NCBI GenBank assembly: GCA_003282145.1
Contig: QBZZ01000003.1
Span: forward strand, 23,995-87,994
From: SAR116 cluster bacterium AG-337-N21
Lineage (GTDB): Bacteria; Pseudomonadota; Alphaproteobacteria; Puniceispirillales; Marisalimonadaceae
DNA length: 64,000 bases
Reading direction: 5' to 3'
Made by a program: the position numbers and the translations under genes. Below are positions 60,311 to 64,000 of the stretch, piece after piece. How positions within the stretch are numbered: position 1 is the first letter of the stretch; each line of letters starts with the position of its first letter. A model generated the notes under the pieces. The model worked only from the letters and a program-made list of their open reading frames with translations, made no database searches and had not been told where the DNA came from.

Positions 60311-60741
60311 CTTAATTTTCTCCACAAAAAATTGAAGCTTTTTAGTTCTCTTCTTTCTACCTCAGAGTCGTTATGAACCATATCAGCAACATTCATTACA
60401 ATGCTGTCATATTTATATAATCCTTTAAAACCAAACCAAATTAGGGGCGGTATAGTAAGTCTAACATATCTATCTTGGCCAACTAATTCTTCTCGGATAT
60501 TTCCATTATTATCTATGAAAGCAAATTGAACATAACCTACAGGTACAACAAGATTTAAGGTCATTTGTAAATGCCGTTTCCAAGCTTTAATTGAATCTCT
60601 TTTAATTATAGAAAAATATATTTCGCCAAAGTCTTTAAAACCGTTATCAGTCTTTTTTAACCCGTGCATAATGTCACCACCGATAACTTCAATTTTTTTC
60701 AAAGGGGTTATCAAAACACTATTAACACTGACATTTCTCAA
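60307..60741 (-). CDS. NDP-4-keto-6-deoxyhexose 3,5-epimerase-like cupin
   Basis: GDIMH, FGEIYFS, IKAWKRH, RLTIPP.IWFGF; lies between rfbG and rfbF. Confidence 0.8.
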   Translation of the reverse strand: MRNVSVNSVLITPLKKIEVIGGDIMHGLKKTDNGFKDFGEIYFSIIKRDSIKAWKRHLQMTLNLVVPVGYVQFAFIDNNGNIREELVGQDRYVRLTIPPLIWFGFKGLYKYDSIVMNVADMVHNDSEVERRELKSFNFLWRKLR

Positions 60742-60743
60742 TT

Positions 60744-61823
60744 TTAAATATTTCCTTCAATTGATCTCATATATTTTTTAATTTGATTTATTGAAAACTC
60801 ATACATATTTTCGCTAGCTCCTTCATAAAATTTTTTATACCAAACTGTTGTTTCTCTAACGGTTGTATGGAATTCCCATTTGGCTTCCCAATTTAAATGA
60901 TGTAAAGCTTTATCACAATTAAGTTTTAGAAGGTAAGATTCATTTATATTTTGATCAGATATATCAATATTTTCCCATTTAATTTTATCCCAATGTTTAC
61001 TCATCTCGGATACCAGATCAGCTACCGAACTATCTTGAGTAGCTTGTGGTCCAAAATTAAATGCCTCTCCGTGAAGTTTTGAATCTTTACTTAAATGATA
61101 GGCCAAGGTTAAGTATCCACCGAGAGGTTCTAATACGTGTTGCCATGGACGAGTGGATTTAGGATTTCTAATGAAGACATTTTTGTTCAATATAGTGGCT
61201 CTTATACAATCAGGAACAATCCTATCATCAGCCCAATCACCACCGCCAATAACGTTTCCAGCACGCCCAATTCCAATTCGAATCATATCATTTTTCTTAA
61301 AAAAAGATTGAACATATGAACGAATTGCGAATTCAGCAGCGCCTTTCGAAGCACTGTACGGATCTGGTCCTCCTAGTTGGTCCGTTTCTCGATATCCCCA
61401 CTCCCATTCAACATTGTTATAGCATTTATCACTAGTTATAAAAATAGCAACACACTTTTTTTTTAGATTTTTTAGAGTGTCTAAAACATTAATTGTTCCT
61501 ATCGTATTAGTTTGCCAAGTTTCAATAGGAGAAGAGTACGACCGTCTAACTAAAGATTGTGCTGCAAGATGAAATACAAAATCAGGTTTAATTTTTTTAA
61601 AAAATTCATCTAATTTTTCTTTGTTGGATATGTTAAATCTACAATCCTTTATTGATTTATTGGAATTAACAGAGGAAAAATGGCAAGGTTTCGAGGGTAA
61701 TTCATGTGATATTCCATAAACTTTAGCACCTAAGAAAGTTAGCCATAAGCTTAACCAAGATCCTTTAAAACCTGTATGTCCAGTGATTATAACTTTTGTG
61801 TTTTTAAACTTATTTTCAAACAC
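60744..61823 (-). CDS. rfbG: CDP-glucose 4,6-dehydratase
   Basis: TGHTGFKGSW, HLAAQSLVR.SY, TSDKCY, DPYSASK, RAGNVIGGGDW, RPWQHVLEPL. Confidence 0.95.
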   Translation of the reverse strand: MFENKFKNTKVIITGHTGFKGSWLSLWLTFLGAKVYGISHELPSKPCHFSSVNSNKSIKDCRFNISNKEKLDEFFKKIKPDFVFHLAAQSLVRRSYSSPIETWQTNTIGTINVLDTLKNLKKKCVAIFITSDKCYNNVEWEWGYRETDQLGGPDPYSASKGAAEFAIRSYVQSFFKKNDMIRIGIGRAGNVIGGGDWADDRIVPDCIRATILNKNVFIRNPKSTRPWQHVLEPLGGYLTLAYHLSKDSKLHGEAFNFGPQATQDSSVADLVSEMSKHWDKIKWENIDISDQNINESYLLKLNCDKALHHLNWEAKWEFHTTVRETTVWYKKFYEGASENMYEFSINQIKKYMRSIEGNI

Positions 61824-61825
61824 TT

Positions 61826-62587
61826 TTATGATTTCCTTAGTTTTTTAAATCTTAAAAATAGAGTCTTCCATTCTCCAACAGAACTATCAATAAGAAAATC
61901 AGAGGAGTCAAAGCCTGTTTTTTCAGCAATACTAATAATATTTTCTGGTGTTCTTAAATAACCCCAGAGTTGGCTGTTACCTTTATAAAGTGAGAAATGC
62001 ACAAACAATTCTTTAAACATATATTTCAAACTACTTAATAAAGAATTTTGATAGAAAGACCATGATATGAACAGTATATTTCCATTTTCTTTTAATTGTT
62101 TATGAACATTTATAAATAAACATTCTAACTGTTTGTCATCAAATACATACTCTACTCCACACAGAATAATAGTATCAAATTTTAATTTTTTGTCGATACA
62201 ATCAGGATATTTTCCAATATGAATATTTTTATTTTCGAAATTATTATTTAGATATTTACGAACAGAGTCCGAGACTTCTTGTAAGTGTAAATCAACTTTA
62301 ATATTTTTTTTGATATGGTTTTCAATTATGCCTAAACCTACACCAATAGATAAAGTAAGACTTGAATTACATATATTTAACTGTTTTATCAACCAATTAG
62401 CTGAATTTATCTTCAAGGCAAACCATTTAGGATCCATCTCAGATATAGACTTAAATTTTTTTGAGAAATTAGCATAAAATTCTTCATAAAACTTTGTATT
62501 TGGTAGTTCATTCAGAGATAATTTTGATATAGATTCAAATGATATTCCATGCCATTGGTTTTGATAAAATTTTCTCAATTTTTCCAA
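61826..62587 (-). CDS. Class I SAM-dependent methyltransferase-like protein
   Basis: Motif I-like LSIGVGLG, FDTII, LKENG.IL. Confidence 0.65.
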   Translation of the reverse strand: MEKLRKFYQNQWHGISFESISKLSLNELPNTKFYEEFYANFSKKFKSISEMDPKWFALKINSANWLIKQLNICNSSLTLSIGVGLGIIENHIKKNIKVDLHLQEVSDSVRKYLNNNFENKNIHIGKYPDCIDKKLKFDTIILCGVEYVFDDKQLECLFINVHKQLKENGNILFISWSFYQNSLLSSLKYMFKELFVHFSLYKGNSQLWGYLRTPENIISIAEKTGFDSSDFLIDSSVGEWKTLFLRFKKLRKS

Positions 62588-63336
62588 CTCGCTTGGATGC
62601 TAAAATTTATTTTTTCATCAATATTTTGAATTGTATCTTGGCTAAAACTAAGAACGGGTAATTTCATAGGGTATAATTCTAATTGTTTTCCCCATAAATT
62701 TAAATTATTTTTTATAAATTCAACCACTTTTTTTAAAGGTGAAACAAAATAAAGTTTAGGTATATTATAAGTATTTATTAAATATTTAAATATTGAAATA
62801 ATGCCAAATAAATCTAGATTTTTTCTGATCAAAGTTCTTTTATTTTTAAACCATTCTGTTTCAAATAAAAGATAAAACAAATCAAATCCCCATGGACAAC
62901 CAATGTGTTTAAAATGTTCCCAATCAATTACTCGAACACCTTCATTTGTAAAAATTATATTATCCAGAGATAAGTCTCCATGGAATGGATATATATTTTT
63001 TTTAGGAGGTCCCCAAACACTCATATAATGATCACAGATAAGTTTAAAATTAGATAAGTTATATTTAATTCCCTTAAAAATTGAAATTTTTTTTCCATGG
63101 AATTTTTTTATCCAAAGTTTTGCATAAGACGGATTAATTATTTGAAGATATGACAGATCATTATGATTCATTGAAACTTTAGAGCTATACCACTTCCAGC
63201 CTTTATACTCATTTATAAGTTCATTTACAAAATATGAACTTGCAGCACATTTTAAATAGTTAAACTTATAATTATTAACTTCATAAAAATATTTTTCACT
63301 CCCATGTGTGCAATTTCTTGTCAATGTAAGAATCAT
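62575..63336 (-). CDS. Phosphotransferase/kinase-like protein (APH/choline-kinase fold)
   Basis: HGDLSLDNII catalytic loop, IDWE metal-binding motif, downstream FDL. Confidence 0.72.
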   Translation of the reverse strand: MILTLTRNCTHGSEKYFYEVNNYKFNYLKCAASSYFVNELINEYKGWKWYSSKVSMNHNDLSYLQIINPSYAKLWIKKFHGKKISIFKGIKYNLSNFKLICDHYMSVWGPPKKNIYPFHGDLSLDNIIFTNEGVRVIDWEHFKHIGCPWGFDLFYLLFETEWFKNKRTLIRKNLDLFGIISIFKYLINTYNIPKLYFVSPLKKVVEFIKNNLNLWGKQLELYPMKLPVLSFSQDTIQNIDEKINFSIQASWKN

Positions 63337-64000
63337 TTTTTTGCTATTACTATAAAAGAAGGAGCTAAGAATTTTGCTCCAATTAGGAAAAATAATATAG
63401 TTTCAATTATCCTTGCTATTATCCTTTTAACTCTAACGTTATTTTCAGGATCAGTAATTTTTGACTTATAAGTAAATTTTCTCAATTTTTTCTTGTAGTT
63501 TTGAATATATTCTGGAAATCTATAATCAGGAAATGCTATGTATATATTGACATCAGAATATCCAGCATCTTTAACAAGTTTTTTTAACTCATCTTTTGAA
63601 TAAATCCAGTTAACATATGGTCTTCCTAAAATTAAGTTAGAATATATATTTGCAATTTTTTTAGGTAAAATTGTGGTTAAATGTAAATTAGAATGAGGAT
63701 CTTTAACTCCAAAAAACATTTTGTAGTCGTATCTATTCTCTATAGCTAAATATAGTTTGCCATTCGATTTAAGATTTTCTCTTACTTTAACTAAAAAATC
63801 TGTTTGTATTTTTTTAGGATTATAACCTTGTTCATATTTACGAATTTCTTTTTTTCCGTAAATCTTTTTTAATTCAACTTTTCCAATTTCTGGCACCCAT
63901 TCTAAAACACCATTTACTAAGGCAATATCAGCCTTTATATCTTTTGGTAAAATAGGAAATGTTCTTAGATTATGATTAACAGTAAAGACATTAGTTAAAT
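63333..64000 (-). CDS. Class I SAM-dependent methyltransferase, 5' end outside window
   Basis: Frame is open to the window edge (DIALVNGVLEWVP), then LKSNGKLYLAIENR...G..DPH and PDYR.P. Confidence 0.75.
   Translation of the reverse strand, partial: LTNVFTVNHNLRTFPILPKDIKADIALVNGVLEWVPEIGKVELKKIYGKKEIRKYEQGYNPKKIQTDFLVKVRENLKSNGKLYLAIENRYDYKMFFGVKDPHSNLHLTTILPKKIANIYSNLILGRPYVNWIYSKDELKKLVKDAGYSDVNIYIAFPDYRFPEYIQNYKKKLRKFTYKSKITDPENNVRVKRIIARIIETILFFLIGAKFLAPSFIVIAKK

Overview
AT-rich, tightly packed bacterial DNA, most consistent with a streamlined (probably marine) alphaproteobacterium; the exact lineage cannot be fixed from this window. 1-14.2 kb is the classic alphaproteobacterial TCA cluster (sdhCDAB-zapE-mdh-sucCDAB-lpdA). 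Its sucB has an unusual domain order, with the E3-binding domain before the lipoyl domain. 14.2-34.2 kb holds mixed metabolic and transport genes: SMR, class II aldolase, htpG, MFS, acyl-CoA dehydrogenase, a GldAFG/DUF4340-like ABC system, amidase, aminotransferase, GGT and a TcuA-like flavoprotein. From 34.6 kb to the end is a cell-envelope region. It contains surface-glycan genes: wzz, a frameshifted glycosyltransferase, a ligase-like protein, wecA-like, manC, galE, gnu-like, wzy-like, CDP-sugar genes and a methyltransferase/kinase trio. Interleaved with these is a putative non-canonical peptidoglycan-recycling system: ampG, anmK and murQ together with a GH84 O-GlcNAcase-type hexosaminidase, a PIG-L deacetylase, a T7-lysozyme-type amidase, an SH3-NlpC/P60 peptidase and a signal-less YkuD-like protein. 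No tRNA, rRNA, CRISPR array, integrase or transposase was recognised.
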